Made by a program: the position numbers and the translations under genes. From NCBI GenBank assembly GCA_002633005.1, contig NMRA01000046.1, forward strand, positions 118,510-182,509: a DNA stretch of 64,000 nt. The letters run 5' to 3'. A model generated the notes under the pieces. It saw only the letters and a program-made list of their open reading frames with translations, was not told where the DNA came from and ran no database searches. The DNA comes from Phoronis australis (taxonomy: Eukaryota; Animalia; Phoronida). Of this stretch, positions 13,401 through 24,246 are shown piece by piece (the first letter of the stretch is position 1; each line of letters opens with the position of its first letter).

Positions 13401-13445
13401 CCCTTGACAGTTTCGGCTCCTATCAGCAGCCATCTTCCGAAGTTA
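13401..13445 (-). ncRNA. Minimal type I hammerhead-ribozyme-like motif with a variant core, inverted copy
   Basis: Minus strand reads CTT-CGGAAGA-T-GGCT-GCTGATAGG-AGCC-GAAAC-TGTC-AAG, giving stem I CTT/AAG and stem II GGCT/AGCC. Confidence 0.45.
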
Positions 13446-13565
13446 GTGGACGCTAGATGGCGTGGTGGGACAGGAAAAGTGGATCAGTCATGAACAGGAA
13501 CGATGGAGGTTATAAGTTGTCCAAAATTTGAAACAGCTTGATCACCACGCCACCTAACGTCCAAT

Positions 13566-13608
13566 AACTGCGGAAGACGGTTGTTGATAGGAGCCGAAAC
13601 TGTCAAGG
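13566..13608 (+). ncRNA. Minimal type I hammerhead-ribozyme-like motif with a variant core
   Basis: CGGAAGA (for CUGANGA), C, stem II GGTT/AGCC, GAAAC, TGTC (GUC cleavage triplet), AAG. The core has U4>G, so it is probably inactive. Confidence 0.45.
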
Positions 13609-13772
13609 GTAAGTATGTTCTTACTAGTTACGAAAAAAGAAACTAATACTGAAGATATTTACTTGTTCTAGAATTAAAGTAACCAACTAATAGTAACATT
13701 AAATATCTGAGTTGTTCACTAAGTTCGTAGAAATATGTAATGTCATTCTACACTCCTAGTTGTTATGCTGCA

Positions 13773-14170
13773 GACCAGGGCACAGGTCTAATCTTTACAC
13801 TAGAGATCGAACTCGAAATTATTTTGACATTATCCGTTCTGTGAACTCACGATAAGTGTCTATTAGTCTGCGCTCTAGAACACTGGTTTATGCATAAGAG
13901 TTTCCACATGAGTCCAAGTTTGCACTTGATGACCCCTAAATTCGAGCTACTAACGAGAGTGAAAACTCGACATTTTGAGTGAAAATTCGAAATTTCGAGT
14001 TCAGACTCGAACTTTTAGCATGAATGCTGGGGTCATCATGTGCAAACGAAGATTGGACAGTAATCCACGTAAGCCATGATGTACTCGTGCGTAAAATAAT
14101 GGACGCTTGTCTTGAGTTCGCACAAAAGTAGAATAGAAAATTATTTCCAGTTCAATTTCACGTAGAAATT
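13773..14170. mobile_element. Palindromic (foldback) MITE of the same family as 38730-39059
   Basis: GAACTCGAAATTATTTTG...GTGAACTCACGATAAGTGTCTATT pairs with CTTGAGTTCGCACAAAAGTAGA. There is also an inner IR, GTTTGCACTTGATGACCCC / GGGGTCATCATGTGCAAAC. Confidence 0.65.
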
Positions 14171-14796
14171 TTCTCCTGAAATCTCGACTGTTTCAATTCT
14201 TTTACTGCGTGCGCTTGAACACTGATAATCAGGCTTTGTCAAATTTGATCGATCGTTTTTAGTGCATTGTAACAAAACCAGCAAACGTTCCCCCTCATAT
14301 TTCCTACTGCACAAGAGATAGCATTAATACTGCTGCGATCAATAAATGCACTCCCAACGCCGTCATACTGTCAATCTTAACACGCATTAACCTTACAAAT
14401 ATCTTCGTATTTTTCTGCGTTTTCGTATAAAACGTTCTAACGTTTAAATGGGTACTTTTAGAAACTAATCCGCGTGGTGGCGCTGTGACAAAGTCCGACA
14501 CGGTCGTCTGCCAGTCACGACTCACGTGCGTTGATTAGCCCTAAGGCCGGCGGTCGCTTTAAAGAACATGGCGGTGCAAATCCTTCCCAAACTCCTATAT
14601 GGTGCGCCGCCCATGAAGGAACACGCCACCAAAACGATGTATTTGTGTCAACTTAGATCGACAAGTGCAGCTCGATAATGGCACGTTCAATTGTTTTGCC
14701 TGACATCAGACGACAATAAACCAAACCAAAGCACAGTCCAGCGACGCACACTCATCGTAAGATCCGATGTCATCACCACACATTGTACTTACCTTC

Positions 14797-17165
14797 CTTT
14801 TTTAATGTTTATTACGAAATCTTCAGAATACAATGAACATACATAACACAGAAAGTGCCAAGAGGCATTAGATCTGGGTTAAAAAATATAAAGAAGCCTA
14901 ATTATTATACACCAATACATAAATTAAAAAATGATGTTAAGATTACAATGATATATGATTACGAATGTAAATAATTCATTTTCATACACAAGTATACAAT
15001 TCTATCAACTCACACAAAAAGATTTAATGTTATAAAGAAATTCTGATACTACTTCAAATAAAACCTTATTTTCATTTGGGTTGAGTTCTTGACATCCATA
15101 TAGAAAAAATTAATTTTGTTGTACAATTGCGGAATTTCAGAATATTTTTTGTAGACATTGGGGTATTGTTCGAGTGTCTGAAAAAGCTGTACCCTTTGCT
15201 CCTTGCATACGTCACAAGCAAAGAAAACATGAGGATATGTCTGGGTGTCTCCACAGGAACACAGAGGCGAAATATTATTATTATTATAATTATGTCTAAA
15301 TATCTCGTTATTTAGAAATAAACCGCATCTTGATCTGTATACGGCTATTTCATGGTTGCGAGGAAGTTGAAATGACGTCAATGGGACTGGCAAGTCTTGA
15401 GAAGTGGTATGCATTTTAAAGTTATTTTTGATAGTGATGATTGAAGTGCTTTCTTTTATTTTAGGTGGTAAGGAATTCCACTTGTCAATACAAGTTAATA
15501 TCGTTGATCTCTTGAAGGCTTGGCTCATGGAAGATGGAATAGTGTGCATATTGCTTTGTCGCAGTCCTGGTCTCATGTTTGGTCTTTTGTAGGAGTCAAA
15601 GAGGATTTTGTTAGAGTAATTGTTTATGATTGTTAAGACTTTGAATGTATACATGGACACGTGGAGTTCACCACGGGTAGCTAGTTTGCTCCAGTTGAGA
15701 CTATTTAGAACCTTGGTTTTGTTGGACCCTTGTTATGCCCCTGTTATGGCTAAAGCTGCTTGGTATTGTAGTCTTTATAATTGAAGAAGTATGCCAGCGT
15801 TTGCCGATTGGTAGATTATGTCACAGTAATCTAGATGTGGAAGTACAAAAGACTTGAACAGAGTTTCAAGATGCTTGGAGTTGAGATGACGAGAGATAAT
15901 TCTAATTGGATTAAATAATTTATGTACTTTGTGAACGAGTTCGCGACGATGAGGAGTAAATGTAAGCTTATGGTCTAGTAGCAAGCCAAGATGTTTGTGC
16001 GTGAACTCATTGAGAATAATTTCCCCATTGAGTAATAATTCCAGCGTTGGATTTGTTTGGAAATGAGTATTATTAGACTTAAAAAATATAAGATCAACAC
16101 TTAGAAAATATAAGATCAACACTTTTTTAAGGTTTAAATTTCATCTTTCATTTGTACGACCAGTTAAGGTCAGTTTGCAATTTTAAAGAGTCGTGTAGAT
16201 GCTCTTTTGAAAATGGGTGGAAAATTGCAGTGTCATCAGCATATAAGAATGTTTTAGAGTTTATTGTGTCTGGAAGATCATTGATGTACAGTAAAAAGAG
16301 TAAGGGGCCTAGTACGCTACCCTGTTGTACTTCAGCATTTACGAAACTTGGCGTTGGTGAAGGCGATAAGACACCCTCAATTCGGACTTTGTAAGTTCGA
16401 TATTCCAGATATGATTTTAAAAGTAAGAGGAGAGTGCCTGAGAAACCGTAAGATTGTAATTTATGTAGAAGCAGGTCATGGGGAACGACATCAAAAGCTG
16501 ACACAATGTCTAAAAATACGGATCTCACGTTGTACCCTTGCTCAAACTGGAGGTGGATGTCGTATACAATTTCTGTAAGTTGGGTCACAGTGCTGTTACC
16601 AGGCATGAAACCAAATTGGCGACGATACATGAGGTTTTGTGAAGAGAGATGTTCAAACATGTGTTGAGAAATGATTTTTCTAAAATTTTGGATAAGGTGT
16701 TAAGTAGAGTTATGGGGCGATAGTTGGCAATGTCTGTTTTGGAGTTATTTTTGTGTATAGGTATCATAACGCCAAGCTTCCAGATCGAAGTATTTTGTTA
16801 TATAATAATGTCAGAGGAACTGTAAGCTCTCTTGCTATTACCTTGATCATTTTATTGGTTATGAGATTGGTACCGTCGTTTTTGTTTTCGTCAATGTTTT
16901 CTAGTAGTTTTCTGACTTCAGATAGTTGGGCTTGTATGTCAGAGAGGTGTTCTAATGTTCTGTTTGGGAATTCGGGGAAGTTTGTTGTTGGTGCAGTGTG
17001 ACTCTTGGCGGTGAAGTAGTCTAGAAATAACTTACTTTTATCAGCTTTGGATGACGCATGAGAGTTAGATTCCTTTGAGTGGCTGATGGGGTATGATGAT
17101 TGCTTTACCTGTCCTCGAATTTTGTTTACTACATCCCAATATTCCTTAGAATTTTTGGGGACATT
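14797..17165 (-). pseudogene. 5'-truncated, frameshifted CR1/L2-group LINE ORF2 (reverse transcriptase) with 3' UTR and A-tail
   Basis: ORFs 16585-16767 (PIHK...NYRPITLL...SKILEK), 16148-16660 ([47 protein letters not shown]), 15775-16122 (HKHLGLLLD, FVLPHLDYCD) and 15049-15660 (SPLCSCG..QT..HVFFAC). The minus strand has AATAAAC followed by an A-run ending near 14797. A 23-bp tandem duplication lies at 16083-16125. Confidence 0.92.
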
Positions 17166-18869
17166 TTTATGCGCCCACATATTTATATGTGGACGCATTA
17201 CGCCGTCATTTCCGTCCGTCCGCTGCTCTATCTCCAAAACCCTTTGATATACGTTCATGAAACTTGGCACATGTTCCATTCATGAATGAGACGGCATGAG
17301 CGAACTTTCGGACGGAGATCCTACTACCGGTGTGCCCCCTAGTTGCAATTTTAGTTTTTTACGCTTACCTTTGTATCTTCAAAAGTTCTGAACGGATTTT
17401 CATGAAATTCGGTTTGTAGGCCCTTATTAGTGAGTTGACGCTATCCTCCCGTTTTCGGATGGATTCGACGTAATTTACGCCACCTAGTGGCCATTTTTAC
17501 TGTTTTCGTGTCTTTAGTTGCGTCCAGTCCTCTATCAACCACACTGCTCAAAGGATGATTGTGAAAATTGGCATGTATGTGTTTACTTTGAAGAGGACGG
17601 TTGACGATGATTTTCCGACGATTTCGACTACTGTGGCACCTCCTAGTGGCAGTTTTGTTTTTTTTGCGCCTATGGCTGTATCTCCTAAACCGTTCGCAGG
17701 ATCTTTACGAAATTTAGTAAGATATTTATATGATGTGAACAACGGACGACGACGACTTTTCGATAGATTCGACTACCGGTATGCCCCCTAGTGACAATTG
17801 TAGTTTTTCCGTTTACCTTTGTATCTTCAAAAGTCCTGAACGGATTTTCATGAAATTTTATATGTAGGCACCTATTAGTGAGGTGACGCTATCCTTTCAT
17901 TTTCGGATGGATTCGACGTAGTTTGCGCCACCTGGTGGCCATTTTTTACTGTTTTCGAGTCTGTTTTTTGCGTCCACCCCTCTATCAACCAAACCGCTCA
18001 AAGGATGATTATGAAAATTGGCAGGTATGTGCTTACTATAAAGAGGACGGTTGACGATGATTTTCCGACGATTTTGACTACTGTGGCGCCTCCTAGTGGC
18101 AGTTATGTTTTTGTTGCGCCTATGGCTGTATCTCCTAAACCGTTCGCAGGATCTTTACTTAATTTAGCAAGTGTATTTATATGATGTTGACTACGAATGA
18201 CGACGACTTTCGGACAGATCTGACTACTGTTGTTCCCCCTAGTAGCAATTTTATTTTTTTACGTTTAACTCAGTATCGTCAAAGGTCCTCAACATAAAAT
18301 TCATAAAATTTTAAATATAGGCATCTATTAGTGTGATGACGCTATCTTCCTGTTTTTGGATGGAATCGAGGTATTTTCCACCACCTAGTGGCCATTTTTG
18401 CTGTTTTCAAATCTTGTTTTTGGTGTCCACCCCTGTATCAACCAAATCATTTGAAAATTGGCATATATGTTCTCAGTGTGAAGACGACCTTTGATGATGG
18501 TGACTGACTACTGTTGCGCCTCCTAGTGGTAGTTTTGTTTAGCACTCATAGTCGTATCTCCTAAACCCACTGCAGGATCTTTATTAAATTTAGTAAGTGT
18601 ATTTATATGAAGATAACAGACGATGATGACGACTTTCAGGCGGATCCAACGGACACTGTACCCACTAGTGACAATTTAATTTTATTCTGTTTTCCTTTGT
18701 TTCTCTGAAGTTCCGTTACAGATATTTATGAAATATGGTATGTTCCTGTTTTTAGATGGATTGTATATTTTTGCGCCATCTAGGCCATTTGTATGATACA
18801 GATGAATAACCCTAAAAGCACACCATTTGCAATGCATTCGTGGGCGCATTTCAACGCGTTGCTCTTGTT
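17164..18869 (+). mobile_element. Helentron-associated non-autonomous element (HINE/DINE-1-like), copy 2, structurally complete and inserted into the LINE
   Basis: 5' subTIR ATGCGCCCAC (17169-17178) forms a 14-bp hairpin with 17185-17198. A short GTCC tract and 11 tandem monomers follow. The 3' subTIR GTGGGCGCAT is at 18840-18849, the palindrome CAACGCGTTG at 18852-18861, then CTCTTGTT. Both ends are T-flanked and there is no TSD. Confidence 0.85.
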
Positions 18870-19830
18870 GATATTAGAGATAATTTTCATCTTATAGTCT
18901 TCATAAGAGTCTAAAGTGGAAAAGTGAAGTGTGTTCTGTCAGGTAATCCTTCAAGTGTTTAATTTGACCTCCTCCTAAGTGCAGATCAAACTAATTTTTT
19001 TATCCAAAATATTCCCAGTTGGAACGTTACAGAATGTCGAATATTCTTATTTTACACTGCTGAGATGAGAACAAGATGCATTTTCGCAATGTCCAAATTA
19101 CAATAAGTCTTGAGATTTTTGCCCAAACAGGATTTCAGTCATTACTCTTTAATGATATCAAGACGAAGACAACATGAGTGGTCTGCTTACCTCTGTGCTA
19201 TCCAATGTTCCCAAGAAGATGGGTATATTACTCTGAAAAATCTTGTCTCTACCATACCAAAATGAACTTTTTATTATTGTAAAACGGGGAGACAACTACT
19301 GATTTCAAAATCAACTATTGGAAAGTACAGCAAGGTAATAATATATCTGCTCAACGGTGATCTTGGACCAGACTCTGTAAAACAGTTTAGAGAAAATCCG
19401 TGAGGACCCCCGAAGTCAAACAATGCATAAATTCACCATCCCTCATAACGGAGTAGATCTGAGTCTTCAAAAAATATCGCTCACATGTATGACTTCTTTA
19501 ATCATCTACCTGTGGCTGGTCGAAGACATTTTTGGACTGCTGATAAACTTTTCATCTTTCACAGCAACTGAAATTAACGGAAAAGTGACAAAATAATTGT
19601 GGCTATGTTGTAAGTATACTACAACAAAAATCCAATTGTCGCTGAGTTCTTCAACAAAAATGTTTTTGTTCCTACGGAAAGTGGGCTTGGTAGTTTATCA
19701 AAATAAATGACCAAAATACTGTCACTTGTTTTATGACACATATCATATTACACTCTGATTCAACATATTGCTTGACAGCATGATAGCGAAATGTTCGGTT
19801 TAACTCGTAACGTAAAAAATCCAAGCAATA

Positions 19831-20229
19831 GGGCCGTCCCGGATTACACGGTGATAGAATTCTCCCTTTTCCCGGAGATAAGGAAGCCCGTGACCTCGTT
19901 TTGGAAATCAGGCACATTTTTGTGTCTCTCTCACTGACGCCGGGAAAGCGAAGAATCTAACATCACGCATCCAGGGGTATTTGTTCAGTTGATCAAACTT
20001 TCTCACGTCGCATTTGCATCCCACAGAACAGCAGTAATACTTTATTAGCATTGCAACGCCGAATAGAGTAATGCAACCGAGAAAAGCTTGTAAAGATCAA
20101 ATAACACGTGAAAACACCAATGGCATGAAAACGAGGCAGCAAATGTAATGTGCCTGACGTATGTTTACGACATTGTAGGTAGATACAACTAGATTCGAGA
20201 CAGTGTCGCTGTGTAATCCGGGACGGCCT
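19831..20229. mobile_element. MITE with 19-bp TIRs (PIF/Harbinger-like ends)
   Basis: GGGCCGTCCCGGATTACAC (19831-19849) and GTGTAATCCGGGACGGCCT (20211-20229), flanked by TA on both sides. A second copy is at 5057-5396. The superfamily is inferred from the ends only. Confidence 0.8.
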
Positions 20230-20308
20230 TATTACTTGCGTTTCTTTTTCTAGTAATAGTACTAAATGATGATTTGGCTAAGTAGAGGATGGATCCCGGG
20301 ACGGACAG

Positions 20309-20974
20309 CCATTCAAAGATGAATAATAACTCAACATGTAAAATGATAAATGATCTGTTATGTGGAATGACAATACCAATCTCACAAAAAACTTTTTCCG
20401 AAAAGGGTTTCCATGTAAATGATGATACATGAGAAAATACTATTTAATTCCCTTTAAGTGTAAACTAGACTCTTCATTACGAAGGTTGCAATACAAAACA
20501 TTTCACAGGATTTTGGCCACCAATTCGTTCTTGTTTAAAATAAATATTACTAACTGTGAAAATTGTACCGTATGTAATGTAAAAAGAGTAACTCAGGAAC
20601 ATGTATTTCTTAATGTAATGTGACTGGGAATTCGGTCAGTTGTTAGTGCTTGGTTGTTGGCTAAGAGGGGTTTACATTTGGCTATAAATAGAAAGTTGGT
20701 GGTTTTCGGAATTTACATAGTCTTAAACTGGGTATTGCTGCAGTGTAAAAATATTAACAGCCGTAGAATCATGAAGTGTTCCTTAAATATAAACACTTTA
20801 TGCAATCATATAGTGCAAGAATTAAATATTCAGAAATACATTCTTCTGTAAAAAGTAAGTTTGTGGAATACAATAAACAATGGAAACCCTGGCTGATCAT
20901 TTTTGACTGATCAGCTTTTGTGTCGATACAGCTTACTGATAAATGTAATGAAAAAGCTCACATATACATGTATA

Positions 20975-21020
<46 letters not shown>

Positions 21021-21088
21021 CGCGTGTGTGATCTCGAAGTTTTTATTGCATGTATGTAACTATGGAAAAAGTAAATAAATATTGACTT
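20309..21088 (+). pseudogene. 3' fragment of an L1/Tx1-group LINE (zinc-binding C-terminus of ORF2 plus 3' UTR)
   Basis: LDSSLRRLQYKTFHRILATNSFLFKINITNCENCTVCNVKRVTQEHVFL (20429-20623), later KFVEYNKQWKPW, and AATAAA near 21074. It is flanked by the direct repeat GCTAAGTAGAGGA (20277-20289 and 21090-21102). Confidence 0.75.
20962..21030. repeat. Alternating purine-pyrimidine (TG)n(CG)n microsatellite
   Basis: About 18 TG units, then about 6 CG units, then TG, read directly. Confidence 0.95.
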
Positions 21089-22570
21089 AGCTAAGTAGAG
21101 GACGGACAGAGTACACCCATCGTGTTTAAATTAAAAATAAGGAAAGCGATAATCATAAGCAATTAAAAGCAAATATGAGATGGTTCAGCAGTTTGTAAAA
21201 CAGTTGATTCATTCAGACATTGAGCAACTGTAAAGGATTTGAAAATTGTTTTATATTATTTCCAAGTAACAGTTTCTTTAATTTGAAAAAGTTTAGTTTG
21301 CGTCGAATTTTCTTATTCTGGCTTTTAATAATAGCGTGCTATACCAAATTCCACAAATACGTCATAGTAACTAAGAGGCGAATCCAAGTGTTCACATTCA
21401 AACGGGAAACTAAGTCTCAACCTCGTCGCATAGATGTCAGTAGATAAGCGTATTCTTTGTTCACTTTGTTTTTCTTTCTTATAATAAAGATAATGGTAAG
21501 CATTCAGCGGGACGATATCCCTGCGACCTGTACTGTTATATCCAACAAAGACGCAACAAATGAAAACAATGGTGGCGTCCCATAGGCGATAACCATGCGA
21601 CGCACTTACGCTCGTTGCATGGATCTCGCAAGTTAAAAAATAGTCTGCGACTTCCATACGACGTCATTTGGCATGGGCTAAATTTTGAATTTATTAATGA
21701 AAAAACTTAGATTATTCAAATCAACCTTAGTTCACTATCCCAGCAATATAACATAATCGCCGTCAAGTGAAGTGCAAAGGGTAATCGTAATTTTGAAACG
21801 TGTGCACTTTTGGGGAGGTCAAATCATGCTTTCTTGAAATATATAACTTTGTTTCGATCTAAAACAGCTAAAAACGAAGTCTTTGATCCCTTTCCCAAGT
21901 CCATAGAGAACAAGGAGGATGTCAAACTAAAACAAAAAGAAAGACAGTAACGGTGTAAATTTGCGCCAGAGGCCAAAACGATAAATTTGAGGAATTCAAG
22001 ATCCACAAAAAATACTCCAACGCTAGAAAACCAATAACCAGGAAAATATAATTAAAGCACTTAAAACATAAAACTGACATCCTGCAATGAATGATAATAG
22101 TTTTTTAAAAGGATTAAAAGCCTTAATTTGATAAGAGGTGAGTTTTAAGTAAGCCCACGTAAGTTTCGCATTTTTGTCAGATGTATCTCTATTTAGGCGG
22201 CTGTAACGGAAAAAACAATTCTGTGCATATTCGCAAATTCATAGAAGGCAAAGGCCAAAATGCAAAACATGAAAATACTAAAAAAAATCACGATTAAATA
22301 AAAACTGTGTCAAACTTTCAAGTTAGTGAGGTGCTGGTGACGCGGAGGTCATGTAGTGGCTTGTGAACAAGAACATCGCGGGATCGAATCGGCATGAGAT
22401 CGGCATTACCTCGCAAACACTTTTTAGAGGCAATTTAGGTTAAGCAGAACTTAAGAAAAGATTCCAAAGTTGGCAAAATAGGACTGTTATGCTTTTTTGT
22501 GTAAAAATCAAAAATTGCATAAAACGAACTCGAAACGATAATTTAGAAAACTGTAACAACGTTTTTGAGA

Positions 22571-23446
22571 TTTCATCTTGAACGTTTATGAAACCCAACA
22601 TTTCATCTTGAACATTTATGAACCCCGACATTTCATCTTGAACATTTATGTAACCCGACATTTCATCTTGAACATTTATGTACCCCGACATTTCATCTTG
22701 AACATTTATGTACCCCGACATTTCATCTTGAACATTTATGTACCCCGACATTTCATCTTGAACATTTATGTACCCCGACATTTCATCTTGAACATTTATG
22801 TACCCCGACATTTCATCTTGAACATTTATGTACCCCGACATTTCATCTTGAACATTTATGTACCCCGACATTTCATCTTGAACATTTATGTACCCCGACA
22901 TTTCATCTTGAACATTTATGTACCCCGACATTTCATCTTGAACATTTATGTACCCCGACATTTCATCTTGAACATTTATGTACCCCGACATTTCATCTTG
23001 AACATTTATGTACCCCGACATTTCATCTTGAACATTTATGTACCCCGACATTTCATCTTGAACATTTATGTACCCCGACATTTCATCTTGAACATTTATG
23101 TACCCCGACATTTCATCTTGAACATTTATGTACCCCGACATTTCATCTTGAACATTTATGTACCCCGACATTTCATCTTGAACATTTATGTACCCCGACA
23201 TTTCATCTTGAACATTTATGTACCCCGACATTTCATCTTGAACATTTATGTACCCCGACATTTCATCTTGAACATTTATGTACCCCGACATTTCATCTTG
23301 AACATTTATGTACCCCGACATTTCATCTTGAACATTTATGTACCCCGAAATTTCATCTTGAACATTTATGTAACCCGACATTTCATCTTGAACATTTATG
23401 TAACTTGACATTTCATCTTGAAGATTTATGTACCCCGACATTTCAT
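22571..23446. repeat. 30-bp minisatellite, 29 copies (TTTCATCTTGAACATTTATGTACCCCGACA)
   Basis: Units recur every 30 bp from 22571 to 23411. Units 4-25 are identical and variants occur only at the edges. There are no spacers. Confidence 0.98.
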
Positions 23447-23974
23447 AATGTTATTGATGTCGTTGTTTTACTATTAACGTGTTTTTATTTTTGATAAATT
23501 TTACTAAAAAAGTTTGGTCACGTGACCCAATCAATGGTAGAATGGTATAAAGTCAAAAATATAATTCTACAGGCTTTGTGAGTTAAATTTTATGATTTGA
23601 AAATATCTGGCTGAATGCACAGACCTGTGGACAATGTCCTACATAAAGTTAGATGTGTCACCATAAGAGTGGCCATTATGAATGTATGAGCGGCCAATAT
23701 TGAGAATTTTAAAAGGACTTCGAAATAACTGTTTTTAAACTTTTAAAAAAACTTCAGAATCTATGGAAATCATTTAACAACCACGATCGCTGCAGTGGTA
23801 ACTAATCAGTGTTATTGACTGCTGCCATGATATCGATGTCTTAATTCTTTTAAAGACATGAAGTCTACCGGAGATCTAATCCAGGCTCGCAAGCCATGAC
23901 TTCACCACTTCGCCACGAGCGCGTCGCCCCTTCATGCAAACGTAAATAATGATCGCAGATCCTGATTCTGTGTA

Positions 23975-24246
23975 TGCGTAGAGGAGGTACCTTACAGTCA
24001 CGTGGTCAAATCATGTGACCTAGCAATTACAAGTGTGAAAAGATTGCTGCCCCAACCGGAGCTCAAACCAAGACCTTCTGCAATACAGACGCTCTCTTTT
24101 ACACTAGCCAAGTGAACATAGATTGTAGAAGGACCCGGGACCGAGCCCCGGTGCCGGGGCAGCAATATTTTCAGACTTGTAATTACTAGCTAATAAGGTT
24201 ACTTGGTGTGACCAGAAATGTCTCTGTAGGGTACCTGCTCTATGCA
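23975..24246. mobile_element. Inverted repeat made of two back-to-back tRNA-derived (SINE-head-like) sequences
   Basis: Arms at 23975-24084 and 24122-24246. B-box-like GGGACCGAGCCCC (+, 24137-24149) and GGTTTGAGCTCC (-). A-box-like TAGCCAAGTGA (24105-24115). Confidence 0.6.

Larger units (their letters stand above)
13360..13650 (+). mobile_element. Penelope-like element remnant: ORF C-terminus plus pseudo-LTR and an inverted pLTR copy
   Basis: Inverted arms at 13360-13467 and 13543-13650. 13490-13567 translates as MNRNDGGYKLSKI*NSLITTPPNVQ*, resembling the NRD.G..L...W C-terminus of PLE GIY-YIG endonucleases. Each arm carries a hammerhead-like core. Confidence 0.7.

Noticed and set aside
16764-17279. 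171-aa ORF as a standalone gene
   Set aside because: It is chimeric. The first ~38 codons come from the HINE and the rest is LINE ORF2.
22440-23441. 333-aa and 276-aa ORFs on opposite strands, or a possible CRISPR array
   Set aside because: Both ORFs are by-products of a stop-free 30-bp unit. The repeats are contiguous with no spacers, there are no cas genes, and the context is eukaryotic.
24040-24165. Functional tRNA gene
   Set aside because: The B boxes are mutated and no full cloverleaf can be drawn. It is treated as a tRNA-derived repeat.
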